Shown: piece by piece, positions 11,360-20,531 of the stretch
How the letters are laid out: each line of letters starts with the position of its first letter
Numbering within the stretch: the first letter of the stretch is position 1
From: Novosphingobium sp.
GTDB lineage: Bacteria > Pseudomonadota > Alphaproteobacteria > Sphingomonadales > Sphingomonadaceae
Length of the DNA stretch: 64,000 bases
NCBI GenBank assembly: GCA_020446505.1
Contig: JAGREN010000050.1
Coordinates: forward strand, 8,423-72,422
Direction: 5' to 3'
Translations under genes and position numbers: made by a program
Notes under the pieces: model-generated
Seen by the model: only the letters and a program-made list of their open reading frames with translations
Databases searched by the model: none
What the model was told of the DNA's origin: nothing

Positions 11360-12589
11360 ATGGCGACACAAGCACAGACCGCAAGCACCCCGCCGGGCAT
11401 CGACCCGGCGCTGGTGATCGACTTCGACCTATATGACGACGCGCGCTTCGTCAGCGCGGGCGGCATTTTCGAAGCGATGGGCGAACTGCGCGACCAGGCT
11501 CCGGACGTTTTCTGGAGCACCTCGCTCGGCGGCTACTGGGTGATCCAGGGCTACGACGCCATCGTCGAGGCGGCCAAGCGCGGCGACCTGTTCACCAGCA
11601 GCAGGATGGGCATTCCGCCGACCGAGGACGATGGACGCCAGAGGCGACGACTTGCTCCCCTGAACTACGATCCGCCCGACCACGCGGCGCTGCGTTCGCC
11701 GCTCAACGCCATGTTCACGCCAGCCGCGATGAACAAGTGGTCGGGCCATATCCGCCAGCTTGCAGTCGAACTGATCGAGAAAGTCCGGCCCAATGGCAAG
11801 GCGGACATGTTCGATGAAGTGACCGAGCAGCTTCCGGTCCTGATTTTCATCGACCTGATGGGCCTGAAGCGCGAAGACTATCGCTTCTATCGCGCGCTCG
11901 CCAAGGCGGCTGTCGCCTCGCAGGATCGCGACGAGCGTTACGATGCCATGTTGCAGGCTTACCACCTGCTGAAAGGCGAGATCGCCGATCGCCGCGCCAA
12001 TCCGCGCGAAGACCTCATCAGCCGACTGCTCGATCTCGAGGTCGAGGGCGAGCCGATCACCGACGAGCTGGCGCTGGCCTATCTCGAACTGCTGTTCATT
12101 GCCGGGCTGGACACGGTCGCCAACGCCATGACCTTCGCGGTGCGCTATCTCGCCCTCGATCAGGATCTGCAACAGCGTCTGCGCGACGAGCCGGAGAAGA
12201 TCCCGCACGCGATGGAAGAACTGCTGCGCCGTCATGCGGTCGCCCCGGTAATGCGCTCGGTTACGCACGATTTCGAATGGCGCGGCTTCAATTTCCGCGC
12301 AGGCGATCCGGTGCTGCTCAACTACTCCGCCGCCAACCTCGACGAGCGCATGTTCGAACATGGCCGGGAAGTCGATGTCGATCGCGAACGCATCAACCAC
12401 GTCGCGTTCGGTGCCGGGCACCACCGCTGCCTGGGACGCAATCTCGCACGGATCGAGATCGTGATCTTCTTCGAGGAACTGCTCTCGCGCCTGCCGACCT
12501 TCCGGCTCGCGCCGGGCGAGGAGGTGCCGATGCGCGGCGGAAGCGTGATGTCGATAGGCAGGCTGCCACTGGTGTGGGACGCGAGCTGA
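11360..12589 (+). CDS. Cytochrome P450 (P450cam/CYP101-like architecture), tandem copy 1
   Basis: LVIDFDLY N-terminus, AGLDT I-helix, EELLRR, FGAGHHRCLG heme motif. Confidence 0.96.
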   Translation: MATQAQTASTPPGIDPALVIDFDLYDDARFVSAGGIFEAMGELRDQAPDVFWSTSLGGYWVIQGYDAIVEAAKRGDLFTSSRMGIPPTEDDGRQRRRLAPLNYDPPDHAALRSPLNAMFTPAAMNKWSGHIRQLAVELIEKVRPNGKADMFDEVTEQLPVLIFIDLMGLKREDYRFYRALAKAAVASQDRDERYDAMLQAYHLLKGEIADRRANPREDLISRLLDLEVEGEPITDELALAYLELLFIAGLDTVANAMTFAVRYLALDQDLQQRLRDEPEKIPHAMEELLRRHAVAPVMRSVTHDFEWRGFNFRAGDPVLLNYSAANLDERMFEHGREVDVDRERINHVAFGAGHHRCLGRNLARIEIVIFFEELLSRLPTFRLAPGEEVPMRGGSVMSIGRLPLVWDAS

Positions 12590-12608
12590 GGCAGGAGGAG
12601 CGACGGTC

Positions 12609-13832
12609 ATGGCGACACTGGCGGAACACCCCGTACCAAGGGACATCGATCCGGCGCTGGTGATCGACTACGATTTCTACGACGATGAAATCTACAGGAC
12701 CGCGGGCGGAATACCCGAAGCCATGGTCGAGCTGCGCAAGGCCGCGCCGGACGTGTTCTGGAGCACGGCACTGGGTGGCTACTGGGTCGTTCAGGGCTAC
12801 GAATCGATTGTAGACGCGGCAAAGCGCACCGACCTGTTCAGCAGCGTGAAGATGGGCATTCCCGAACGCCCCGAAGACGCGCAGATGCATCAGTCCGCGC
12901 CGCTGAACTACGACCCGCCCGACCACGCCGCCCTGCGCACGCCGCTCAACACGGTATTTACGCCAACGCAGATGTACCGCCGGGTCGACCAGATCCGGGA
13001 TCTGGCGATCGACCTGATCGAGAGTGTCGCGCCGCTTGGCAAGGCCGACATGTTCGAGGCCGTGACCGAACGGATGCCGGTGCTGATCTTCATCGACCTC
13101 ATGGGTCTGGATCGCGCCGATTTCAAAACCTACCGCACCATTGCGACGGCTGGCATCAGCTCGACCGACATGCAGGAGCGGATCGATGCCGGGCGCGAGG
13201 CGCGCCGGCTGGTTACGCAGTGCATCCGCGAACGCCGGGCCGAACCACGCGACGATCTCATCACCTATATCACCCGGATGGAAGTCAACGGCCAGCCAGT
13301 CGATGACGAACTCGCCCTGTCCTACTGCATCCTGCTGTTTTTCGCGGGGCTCGACACAGTCGCCAATGCCATGGCGTTCTGCCTGCGCTACCTCGCCATG
13401 GACCAGGACCTGCAAGCGCGCCTGCGCCGCGAGCCCGAGAAGATTCCGCATGCCATGGAAGAGCTGCTGCGCCGTCATGCCGTCGCTCCGGTACAGCGCA
13501 CCGTCATGAAGGACGAGTGCTGGCGCGGCTTCAACCTGCGCAAGGGCGACATGGCGCTGCTCAACTATCCGGCCGCCAATATCGACGAGCGGGTTTTCGA
13601 CCATGCCGACCAGGTCGACATAGATCGCGAGCGGATAAACCACATCGCATTCGGTGCAGGCGTTCACCGGTGCGCGGGCAGGCATCTGGCGCGTATCGAA
13701 ATCGTCGTGCTGCTAGAGGAACTGCTGAAGCGCATCGGTACGTTCCGGCTCGATCCGGAAGGCGAGGTCACCATGCGGGGAGGCGCAGTTCTTTCGATCG
13801 GAACCTTGCCGCTGGTGTGGGACACGAACTGA
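12609..13832 (+). CDS. Cytochrome P450, tandem copy 2
   Basis: AGLDT, EELLRR, FGAGVHRCAG. Confidence 0.96.
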   Translation: MATLAEHPVPRDIDPALVIDYDFYDDEIYRTAGGIPEAMVELRKAAPDVFWSTALGGYWVVQGYESIVDAAKRTDLFSSVKMGIPERPEDAQMHQSAPLNYDPPDHAALRTPLNTVFTPTQMYRRVDQIRDLAIDLIESVAPLGKADMFEAVTERMPVLIFIDLMGLDRADFKTYRTIATAGISSTDMQERIDAGREARRLVTQCIRERRAEPRDDLITYITRMEVNGQPVDDELALSYCILLFFAGLDTVANAMAFCLRYLAMDQDLQARLRREPEKIPHAMEELLRRHAVAPVQRTVMKDECWRGFNLRKGDMALLNYPAANIDERVFDHADQVDIDRERINHIAFGAGVHRCAGRHLARIEIVVLLEELLKRIGTFRLDPEGEVTMRGGAVLSIGTLPLVWDTN

Positions 13833-13844
13833 ATAAAGGGTACG

Positions 13845-15071
13845 ATGGCAATGGCGACACTCGCAGAACATCCGGTCCCGAAGGGCATCGACCCGTCGCT
13901 GGTTATCGACTTCGACTACTATTCGGACCGTCGCTACGGTCAGCCCGGCGGCATCCCGCAGGCGATGGCGGACTTGCGCGATGAAGCGCCGGACGCATTC
14001 TGGTCCACGGCCCTCGGTGGCTACTGGGTCGTTCAGGGGCACGAGGCCATCGTCGATGCCGCTGCGCGCACAGACCTGTTCAGCAGCGGCTACATGCGCA
14101 TACCTGCGCGGCCCGACCTGCCCGAACCACCCAAGAACATCCCGCTCCAGCTCGACCCGCCCAACCACGCCGCGTTCCGGGCACCGCTCAACAAGGTGTT
14201 CACGCCGACGCAGATGTATCGCCGGGTCGACCAGATCCGGGCGCTGGCCGTCGAACTGATCGACGCGATTGCTCCGCTGGGCGAGGCGGACTTCTTCGAT
14301 ACGGTCGCCGAGAAGCTGCCGGTGCTGATCTTCATCGACATCATGGGGCTCGATCGCGCGCATTTCCGGCAATACCGCGACATGGCCAAGGCAGCCGCGA
14401 GCGAACCCGATCAGGAGATCAGGCTCAAGGCCGTCCACGACGGCTCCGAACTTCTGGCGGGCGTGATCGCGGATCGTCGGGCCAATCCGCGCGACGATCT
14501 CATCTCCTATCTGCTCGATCTGGAGATCGAGGGCGCGCCGGTCAGCGACGACATGGTGCTCGGCTATTGCAAGCTGCTGTTCTTCGCCGGCCTCGATACC
14601 GTCGCCAATGCCATGTCCTTCATCATGTACTACCTCGCCAGGGATCAGGCGCTGCAGGAGCGGTTGCGGCGCGAGCCAGACAAGATCCCGCACGCGATGG
14701 AGGAGCTGATCCGCCGCCACGCCGTCGCCCCCGTCGTCAGGATCATCGCCAAGGACGAGGTCTGGCGCGGCCTGCCGCTGAGCAAGGGTGACATGGCGCT
14801 GCTCAACTATCCTGCCGCCAACATCGACCCGCGGGTTTTCGATCACCCGGACGAGGTCGATATCGACCGTGAGCGCATCAACCACATCGCTTTCGGCTCC
14901 GGCCCGCACCGCTGCCTCGGCCGCCATCTGGCGCGGATCGAGATGGTCGTGCTGCTGGAAGAAGCCCTGAGCCGCCTGCCGACTTTCCGTCTGGCGGAAG
15001 GCAAGCCGGTGCCCATGCGTGGCGGCGGCGTGCTGACAGTCGAATCTCTTCCGCTGGTCTGGGATCGCTGA
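13845..15071 (+). CDS. Cytochrome P450, tandem copy 3 (alternative start 13851)
   Basis: AGLDT, EELIRR, FGSGPHRCLG. Confidence 0.96.
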   Translation: MAMATLAEHPVPKGIDPSLVIDFDYYSDRRYGQPGGIPQAMADLRDEAPDAFWSTALGGYWVVQGHEAIVDAAARTDLFSSGYMRIPARPDLPEPPKNIPLQLDPPNHAAFRAPLNKVFTPTQMYRRVDQIRALAVELIDAIAPLGEADFFDTVAEKLPVLIFIDIMGLDRAHFRQYRDMAKAAASEPDQEIRLKAVHDGSELLAGVIADRRANPRDDLISYLLDLEIEGAPVSDDMVLGYCKLLFFAGLDTVANAMSFIMYYLARDQALQERLRREPDKIPHAMEELIRRHAVAPVVRIIAKDEVWRGLPLSKGDMALLNYPAANIDPRVFDHPDEVDIDRERINHIAFGSGPHRCLGRHLARIEMVVLLEEALSRLPTFRLAEGKPVPMRGGGVLTVESLPLVWDR

Positions 15072-15080
15072 TCGATTCTA

Positions 15081-15097
15081 CGATACTCGATGCATCA
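15081..15097. promoter_or_regulatory. Operator-like motif A (CGATACT-CGA-TGCATCA), overlapping the palindrome TCATAG-TGG-CTATGA at 15095-15109
   Basis: Intergenic, upstream of diiron copy 2; matches 1598, 17195 and 45231. Confidence 0.55.
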
Positions 15098-15152
15098 TAG
15101 TGGCTATGACGTACAAATTATCGAATCGAAATCGAAAAACAGGACACTGGAA

Positions 15153-15971
15153 ATGACTAACCTGGTCGTGCGCAAGATGCCGTTCGAATTCGAAGGCTGC
15201 GACTTCATCTGGAATCCGGCAAATCCCGGGTTTTCCGTGATGATGAATGCAGTTACGTTTCAGGCAATCGCGTTCGAGAAATACATCTGCAAGGCGATGA
15301 ACGCTGCCGAGAAGATTTCCCGCAAGCCCGAGATTACCGAGGAAATTCGCGCCTTCAACGCACAGGAGATGGTGCATAGCCAGGCCCACCGCAAACATGC
15401 GAAGGCGCTTGTCGACCAGTATCCCGGTCTGCAGGAGGCGCTCGATTTCTGCGATGCCGAGTACGAAAAGCTCTACGCCGAACGCGACCTGAAATATCAC
15501 CTGTCCTACTGCGCCAACATCGAGGCGACCTTCACGCCGCTGTTCGGCAACATCATCGAGCAGCGCGAGCTTCTGTTCACGGGCGGCGATCCGCGCATAT
15601 CCTCGCTGTTCCTCTGGCACTTCGTCGAAGAGATGGAACATCGGGCCTCTGCCCACGTCATCTACAACGACATCGTGCGCAATCCGTTCACGCGCTTCTT
15701 CAAATTGCGCAGCGTATTCGGTCACACCAAGGTGCTGGCCGAGAAAATCTACGAGGTGTTTCACGAGAACGTGCCTGAGTCGCGCTCCTACGGACTGGGC
15801 GAAGGCATGAACGCGATTCCCAAGCCCGTACTCAAGAAAATGCGAAACGGAATCCTCACCTCGCAAATGCCGTGGCACCGTCCCGGCAGCGCCAAGGTGC
15901 CAGCCTATTTCGAGGAATGGGTAGGGCGCTATAACGCGGGCGAAGACATGCGCTTTGCCTATTCGGCCTGA
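15153..15971 (+). CDS. 'Predicted metal-dependent hydrolase' (PF10118-like), ferritin-like diiron protein, copy 2
   Basis: Start chosen by alignment to copy 1 (MTNLVVRK vs MSNLTIKK). FEKYI, QEMVHSQAH, NIEATF, WHFVEEMEHRAS. Confidence 0.82.
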   Translation: MTNLVVRKMPFEFEGCDFIWNPANPGFSVMMNAVTFQAIAFEKYICKAMNAAEKISRKPEITEEIRAFNAQEMVHSQAHRKHAKALVDQYPGLQEALDFCDAEYEKLYAERDLKYHLSYCANIEATFTPLFGNIIEQRELLFTGGDPRISSLFLWHFVEEMEHRASAHVIYNDIVRNPFTRFFKLRSVFGHTKVLAEKIYEVFHENVPESRSYGLGEGMNAIPKPVLKKMRNGILTSQMPWHRPGSAKVPAYFEEWVGRYNAGEDMRFAYSA

Positions 15972-16009
15972 CAGGCAAAACCAGAGAACATCACCTTCCG
16001 GAGAGATAC

Positions 16010-17155
16010 ATGGCATTTGAAGCACGCCCGTTCACTGTCGAAATTCCCCAGTCCGAACTCGACGATCTCGCCAAGCGGCTCGATCTGGTGCGCTGGCCCG
16101 AAAAGGAGACGGTGACCGACTGGACGCAGGGCGTTCCGCTGGCCGAGGCACGGCGTGTCGTCGATTATTGGCGCAACAGCTACGACTGGCGACGGTGCGA
16201 GGCGCAGATCAATTCGCACGACAACTTCCTTGCCGAGATCGACGGTCTGGACATCCATTTCATCCATGTCCGCTCGAAGCACGAGGATGCCCTGCCGCTG
16301 ATCCTTACGCATGGCTGGCCCGGATCGGTGATCGAGTTCCTCAATGTCATCGCCCCGCTAACCGATCCCACCGCGCACGGCGGCACGGCAGATCAGGCGT
16401 TCCATGTCGTGATCCCCTCGCTGCCGGGCTATGGCTTTTCCGGCAAGCCGACGGGGACCGGCTGGGGCGTGCAGCACACGTCCGAAGCCTGGCACAAACT
16501 GATGCTCGGCCTCGGTTACGACCGCTATGTCGCGCAGGGCGGCGACTGGGGTTCGGCAGTTACCACGGCAATGGCGATCAACAGGCCGGAAGGTCTGGCC
16601 GGGATCCATCTCAACATGATCGTCGGGGCGCCGCGCACCGATACGCAGATGGCCGATCTCACCGACGATGAGAAAGCCAAGCTGCAAAAGATGCAACACT
16701 GGAGCGCGAAGGAACGCGGCTATTCGGAGGAACAGTCCACCAAGCCGCAGACGCTTGGCTATTCGCTGGTCGATTCGCCGGTCGGGCAGGCCATGTGGAT
16801 CTACGAAAAATTCCACGGCTGGACCGACCGCACGACGGACAGCCCTGCCGACTCGTTCTCGCTCGACGAGATCCTCGACAACATCATGGTCTACTGGCTG
16901 ACCGCCACCGGCGCGTCATCGGCGCGCATGTACTGGGAGAGCCTGAACAAGTGGCCGAGCGACATGAACGATCTGCCAACGGCATACAGCGCTTTTCCCG
17001 GCGAAATCTTCGTTCCGGCGCGGCGCTGGGTCGAAAATCGCCATTCGAATATCGTCTATTGGGGTGAGCTCGACAAAGGCGGACACTTTGCCGCTTTCGA
17101 ACAGCCGGAAGCCTTCGTGGCCGAACTGCGCAAGGCCTTTGCAACCATGCGTTGA
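16010..17155 (+). CDS. Epoxide hydrolase (microsomal/EHN type), copy 2
   Basis: HGWPGS, GGDWGS, SSARMYWE, GGHFAAFE. Confidence 0.94.
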   Translation: MAFEARPFTVEIPQSELDDLAKRLDLVRWPEKETVTDWTQGVPLAEARRVVDYWRNSYDWRRCEAQINSHDNFLAEIDGLDIHFIHVRSKHEDALPLILTHGWPGSVIEFLNVIAPLTDPTAHGGTADQAFHVVIPSLPGYGFSGKPTGTGWGVQHTSEAWHKLMLGLGYDRYVAQGGDWGSAVTTAMAINRPEGLAGIHLNMIVGAPRTDTQMADLTDDEKAKLQKMQHWSAKERGYSEEQSTKPQTLGYSLVDSPVGQAMWIYEKFHGWTDRTTDSPADSFSLDEILDNIMVYWLTATGASSARMYWESLNKWPSDMNDLPTAYSAFPGEIFVPARRWVENRHSNIVYWGELDKGGHFAAFEQPEAFVAELRKAFATMR

Positions 17156-17194
17156 CGAGGCCTGAGCGCGCGCCGGATCGCGTTCGCGGATTAT

Positions 17195-17211
17195 TGATAC
17201 GGCATGGATCA
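17195..17211. promoter_or_regulatory. Operator-like motif A (TGATACG-GCA-TGGATCA)
   Basis: Intergenic, upstream of deacylase copy 2; 14/17 identical to the reverse site at 45231. Confidence 0.55.
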
Positions 17212-17252
17212 TTTGCTATGGTCGCAAGCGACCTATTCGGGAGAGACGTGAT

Positions 17253-19019
17253 ATGTTCGATACGATCATCAGGGGCGGCAAGATCGCCGATGGCAGCGGC
17301 GACGACAGCTTCAACGCCGATATCGCCATCAAGGACGGCGTCATTGCCGAAATCGGCAAGGTTTCCGGCACTGCCACCAACGAGATCGACGCCGATGGCG
17401 CCCTGGTCACTCCCGGCTTCATCGACCTTCACACCCACTACGACGGCCAGTTCGTCTGGGACGACACCATCGACCCCAGCTTCTCGCATGGCGTGACCAC
17501 GGCGATCGGCGGCAACTGCGGCGTCGGCTTCGCCCCGGTCGAAAAGGAATTCCGGCGTCCGCTGGTCGAAATGATGGAAGGCGTCGAGGAAATCCCCGGC
17601 ATCGTCATCGACGAAGGACTGGACTGGAACTGGCGCAGCTTCGGCGACTATCTCGATCGCCTTGAGCAGAACAGGTTCTCGATGGACGTCGCCAGCCACA
17701 TCACCCACGCGCCGCTGCGCGTGTTCGCGATGGGCGAACGCGCCATCAACCACGAGAAGGCGACTCCCGAAGACATCGAAGTCATGGCCCGCCTCGTGCG
17801 CGAAGCCATGGATGCGGGCGCGGTCGGCTTTTCGAGCGGTCGGCTGCTTGAGCACCTGTCCAGCATTGGCGATCACGTGCCCGGCACCTTTGCCAATGAC
17901 GACGAACTGCTCGCCATCGCCAGCGCCATGGGCTCATCGGGCCACGGCGTGTTCCAGATGATCCCCAAGGGCGCGATCGGCAACATCATCGATCAGGACG
18001 ACATGACCAACAACCGGGTCGCCGAGATGGAGCGTCTGGTTCGCCTGACTCGCGCAGCGGGCCGTCCTTCGACCTACACGGTCATCGAGTTCTCCGACGA
18101 GCCGGAAAACCGCAAGTTCCTCGTCAGCGAAACCGACCGTATCCTCAAGGAAAACCCATCGCTCGAGATGCACCCGCAATGCGCCTCGCGCGGTGTCGGC
18201 TCGATCATGATGCTCGATTCGCATCACCCCTTCAAGTTCAAGCCCGCCTACCTCGAGATCGAAGGCCTGCCAGCGGCGCAGCGTGCCACGGCGATGCGCG
18301 ACCCGGCGCGGCGCGCGGCCATTCTCTCTCAGGAAGATGCTCCGCCCGCGGGCAGCGACCCGATGATCGTGCGGATGGTTTCGCGCATGCCGATGACTTC
18401 GCCCAGGTTCATCCTGATCCGCGATCGCGTGGACTACGAACCGCTGCCCGATCAGACGATCGGCGCGCTTGCCGCCGCTGCGGGCGTGACTCCGCTCGAA
18501 TACCTCTACGATCACATCACTGCTGGCGACGGCACCAATTCCGCGATCTCGTTCTTCCTCAACTACAACGAGGGCAACCTCGACGAAACCTACGAGATGA
18601 TGTCCAACCCCAATGTCATCAGCGGCCTCGGGGACGGCGGTGCGCACGTCCGTCTGATCTGCGACGCCTCGCAGACGACCTTCCAGCTCGCCTTCTGGAC
18701 TCGCGATCGCACGCGCGGCCCGAAGCTGCCGCTCGAATATGTCGTCCGCAAGATGACGCACGACAGCGCGCGGCTCTACGGCATGAACGACCGTGGCCTG
18801 CTCAAGGTCGGCAAGCGGGCGGACATCAATATCCTGGACTACGAAAACCTGAACGTCGGCGTGCCGAAGATGTATTTCGACCTGCCGAGCGGCGCGCCGC
18901 GCATGCATCAGCCTTCGACCGGCTATCTCGCCACCATGGTCAACGGTGAGGTTACGCGCCGCAACGATGCTGACACCGGTGCTCGTCCGGGCCGCCTCTA
19001 TCGCAGCCGCCCGAACTGA
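17253..19019 (+). CDS. N-acyl-D-amino-acid deacylase-like amidohydrolase, copy 2
   Basis: PGFIDLHTHYD, GGNCG, GLGDGGAH, G.LKVGKRAD. Confidence 0.9.
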   Translation: MFDTIIRGGKIADGSGDDSFNADIAIKDGVIAEIGKVSGTATNEIDADGALVTPGFIDLHTHYDGQFVWDDTIDPSFSHGVTTAIGGNCGVGFAPVEKEFRRPLVEMMEGVEEIPGIVIDEGLDWNWRSFGDYLDRLEQNRFSMDVASHITHAPLRVFAMGERAINHEKATPEDIEVMARLVREAMDAGAVGFSSGRLLEHLSSIGDHVPGTFANDDELLAIASAMGSSGHGVFQMIPKGAIGNIIDQDDMTNNRVAEMERLVRLTRAAGRPSTYTVIEFSDEPENRKFLVSETDRILKENPSLEMHPQCASRGVGSIMMLDSHHPFKFKPAYLEIEGLPAAQRATAMRDPARRAAILSQEDAPPAGSDPMIVRMVSRMPMTSPRFILIRDRVDYEPLPDQTIGALAAAAGVTPLEYLYDHITAGDGTNSAISFFLNYNEGNLDETYEMMSNPNVISGLGDGGAHVRLICDASQTTFQLAFWTRDRTRGPKLPLEYVVRKMTHDSARLYGMNDRGLLKVGKRADINILDYENLNVGVPKMYFDLPSGAPRMHQPSTGYLATMVNGEVTRRNDADTGARPGRLYRSRPN

Positions 19020-19038
19020 TCATACCCTGAAACACAGC

Positions 19039-19070
19039 GCGGCCAGTCTGCCTTACGGCGGGCTGGCCGC
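19039..19070 (+). terminator. GC-rich stem-loop (probable terminator or intercistronic hairpin)
   Basis: GCGGCCAGTCTGCC-TTAC-GGCGGGCTGGCCGC, followed by AGTCATTTT. Confidence 0.55.
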
Positions 19071-19091
19071 AGTCATTTTGGCGAGAGACGC

Positions 19092-20105
19092 ATGGCAACG
19101 ATGAAAGAATGGGTGCTTCGCCACCGTCCCGACGGCGATGTCGGACCTGACGACCTCGAATACGTCGAGAACGCTATCCCCCAATTGGCGGACGGCGATG
19201 TGCTGTTGCGCACGATTTACCTCTCGCTCGACCCCACCAACCGCATCTGGATGAGCGATCGCGACCAGTACATGCCGCCCGTCAGGATCGGCGACCGAAT
19301 GCGTGGCGGCAACATATGCGTTGTCGAACAGTCGCGTTCTGACAATCTCGCTCCCGGCGATATTGTCAGCTATTTCGGCGGCTGGGGCACGCACAGCGTT
19401 ACGCCTGCTGCGATGTGCAAGAAGCTGACGGCGATCCCCGGCGTGCCGCTCACGGCATTCCAGTCAGTGTTCGGCGGAACCGGCATTACCGCATGGTTCG
19501 GCCTCAAGGATGTGGGTCAGCCCAAGCCGGGCGAAACCGTCGTGGTCACATCGGCGGCAGGCGCTGTCGGCTCGATCGTCTGCCAGCTTGCGAAGCTTGA
19601 AGGCTGCCGCGTGATCGGCATTGCCGGCGGCGCGGAAAAGTGCCGCTGGCTGGTCGAGGAACTCGGCATCGACGGCGCCATCGACTATCGCAGCGAGGAC
19701 GTCGGTGCGGCGCTTGACCGACTGTGTCCCGATGGCATCGATGTCGACTTCGAGAATGTCGGCGGCGAGATCATGGACGCCATTATTGCGCGCATGAACA
19801 ACCACGGTCGTCTGGCCCTGTGCGGCATGATCGCGACCTACAACGACGATGGCCCCGTCCCCGGCCCGCGCGATTTCGCGCCGGTCCTGATGCACCGCCT
19901 GCGTATCGAAGGCTTCATCATCACCGATTACATGCACCGCGCCCAGGAAGCAGTCGAAGGGCTGGCCAGGCTGGTGGTCGAAGGCAAGCTGAAGTGGCAG
20001 GACCACGTCGACCAGGGCCTGGAGAACGCGCTGCAATCGCTCGACAAGCTGTTCACCGGCGGCAACCGGGGCAAGCTGCTCGTGCAGGTTTCGCCGGAGC
20101 CTTGA
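19092..20105 (+). CDS. NADP-dependent oxidoreductase (CurA/prostaglandin reductase-like alkenal/enone reductase)
   Basis: YLSLDPTNR, TAWFGL, TSAAGAVGS, FENVGG, LCGMIATYN. Confidence 0.92.
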   Translation: MATMKEWVLRHRPDGDVGPDDLEYVENAIPQLADGDVLLRTIYLSLDPTNRIWMSDRDQYMPPVRIGDRMRGGNICVVEQSRSDNLAPGDIVSYFGGWGTHSVTPAAMCKKLTAIPGVPLTAFQSVFGGTGITAWFGLKDVGQPKPGETVVVTSAAGAVGSIVCQLAKLEGCRVIGIAGGAEKCRWLVEELGIDGAIDYRSEDVGAALDRLCPDGIDVDFENVGGEIMDAIIARMNNHGRLALCGMIATYNDDGPVPGPRDFAPVLMHRLRIEGFIITDYMHRAQEAVEGLARLVVEGKLKWQDHVDQGLENALQSLDKLFTGGNRGKLLVQVSPEP

Positions 20106-20118
20106 GGACAAAAGCGCG

Positions 20119-20481
20119 ATGATAAAACTGACGATGCTGATCCGCCGCAAGGACGGAATGACGCGTGAAGAGTTTCGCGAATACTACGAGACCAACCACA
20201 TCCCGCTGGCCGAAGCGCACACGCCCTATCTCGTCGGCTACAAGCGCAACTTCATCGTCGATCAGTTCGCTGGCGAGGACCAGTTCGACTGCATCACCGA
20301 ATTCTGGTTCGATGTGGAGGGCGATTACGCCGAGGTCCGCGCGACCCTGTTTCCCGCCGATGTCCAAAAGATGATGGCCGAGGATGAAGCGAACTTCATC
20401 GACCGCTCCAGGAGCCAGCTCTTCCTGATCGACGAACAGGCCAGCCCGCCGGAGAACCTTCAGGGCTACTCCGGCGGCTGA
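20119..20481 (+). CDS. EthD-domain protein
   Basis: RKDGMTREEFREYYETNHIPL...FDCITEFWF...DEANFID pattern. Confidence 0.85.
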   Translation: MIKLTMLIRRKDGMTREEFREYYETNHIPLAEAHTPYLVGYKRNFIVDQFAGEDQFDCITEFWFDVEGDYAEVRATLFPADVQKMMAEDEANFIDRSRSQLFLIDEQASPPENLQGYSGG

Positions 20482-20531
20482 TCTTACTTCCCAGCACCCA
20501 AAGATACTGACGTATCAGGCGCTGGCTATGC

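Noticed and set aside
11360-15071. Near-identical DNA segments recurring about every 1.24 kb
   Set aside because: Explained by the three P450 paralogues; not a CRISPR array or tandem repeat element.
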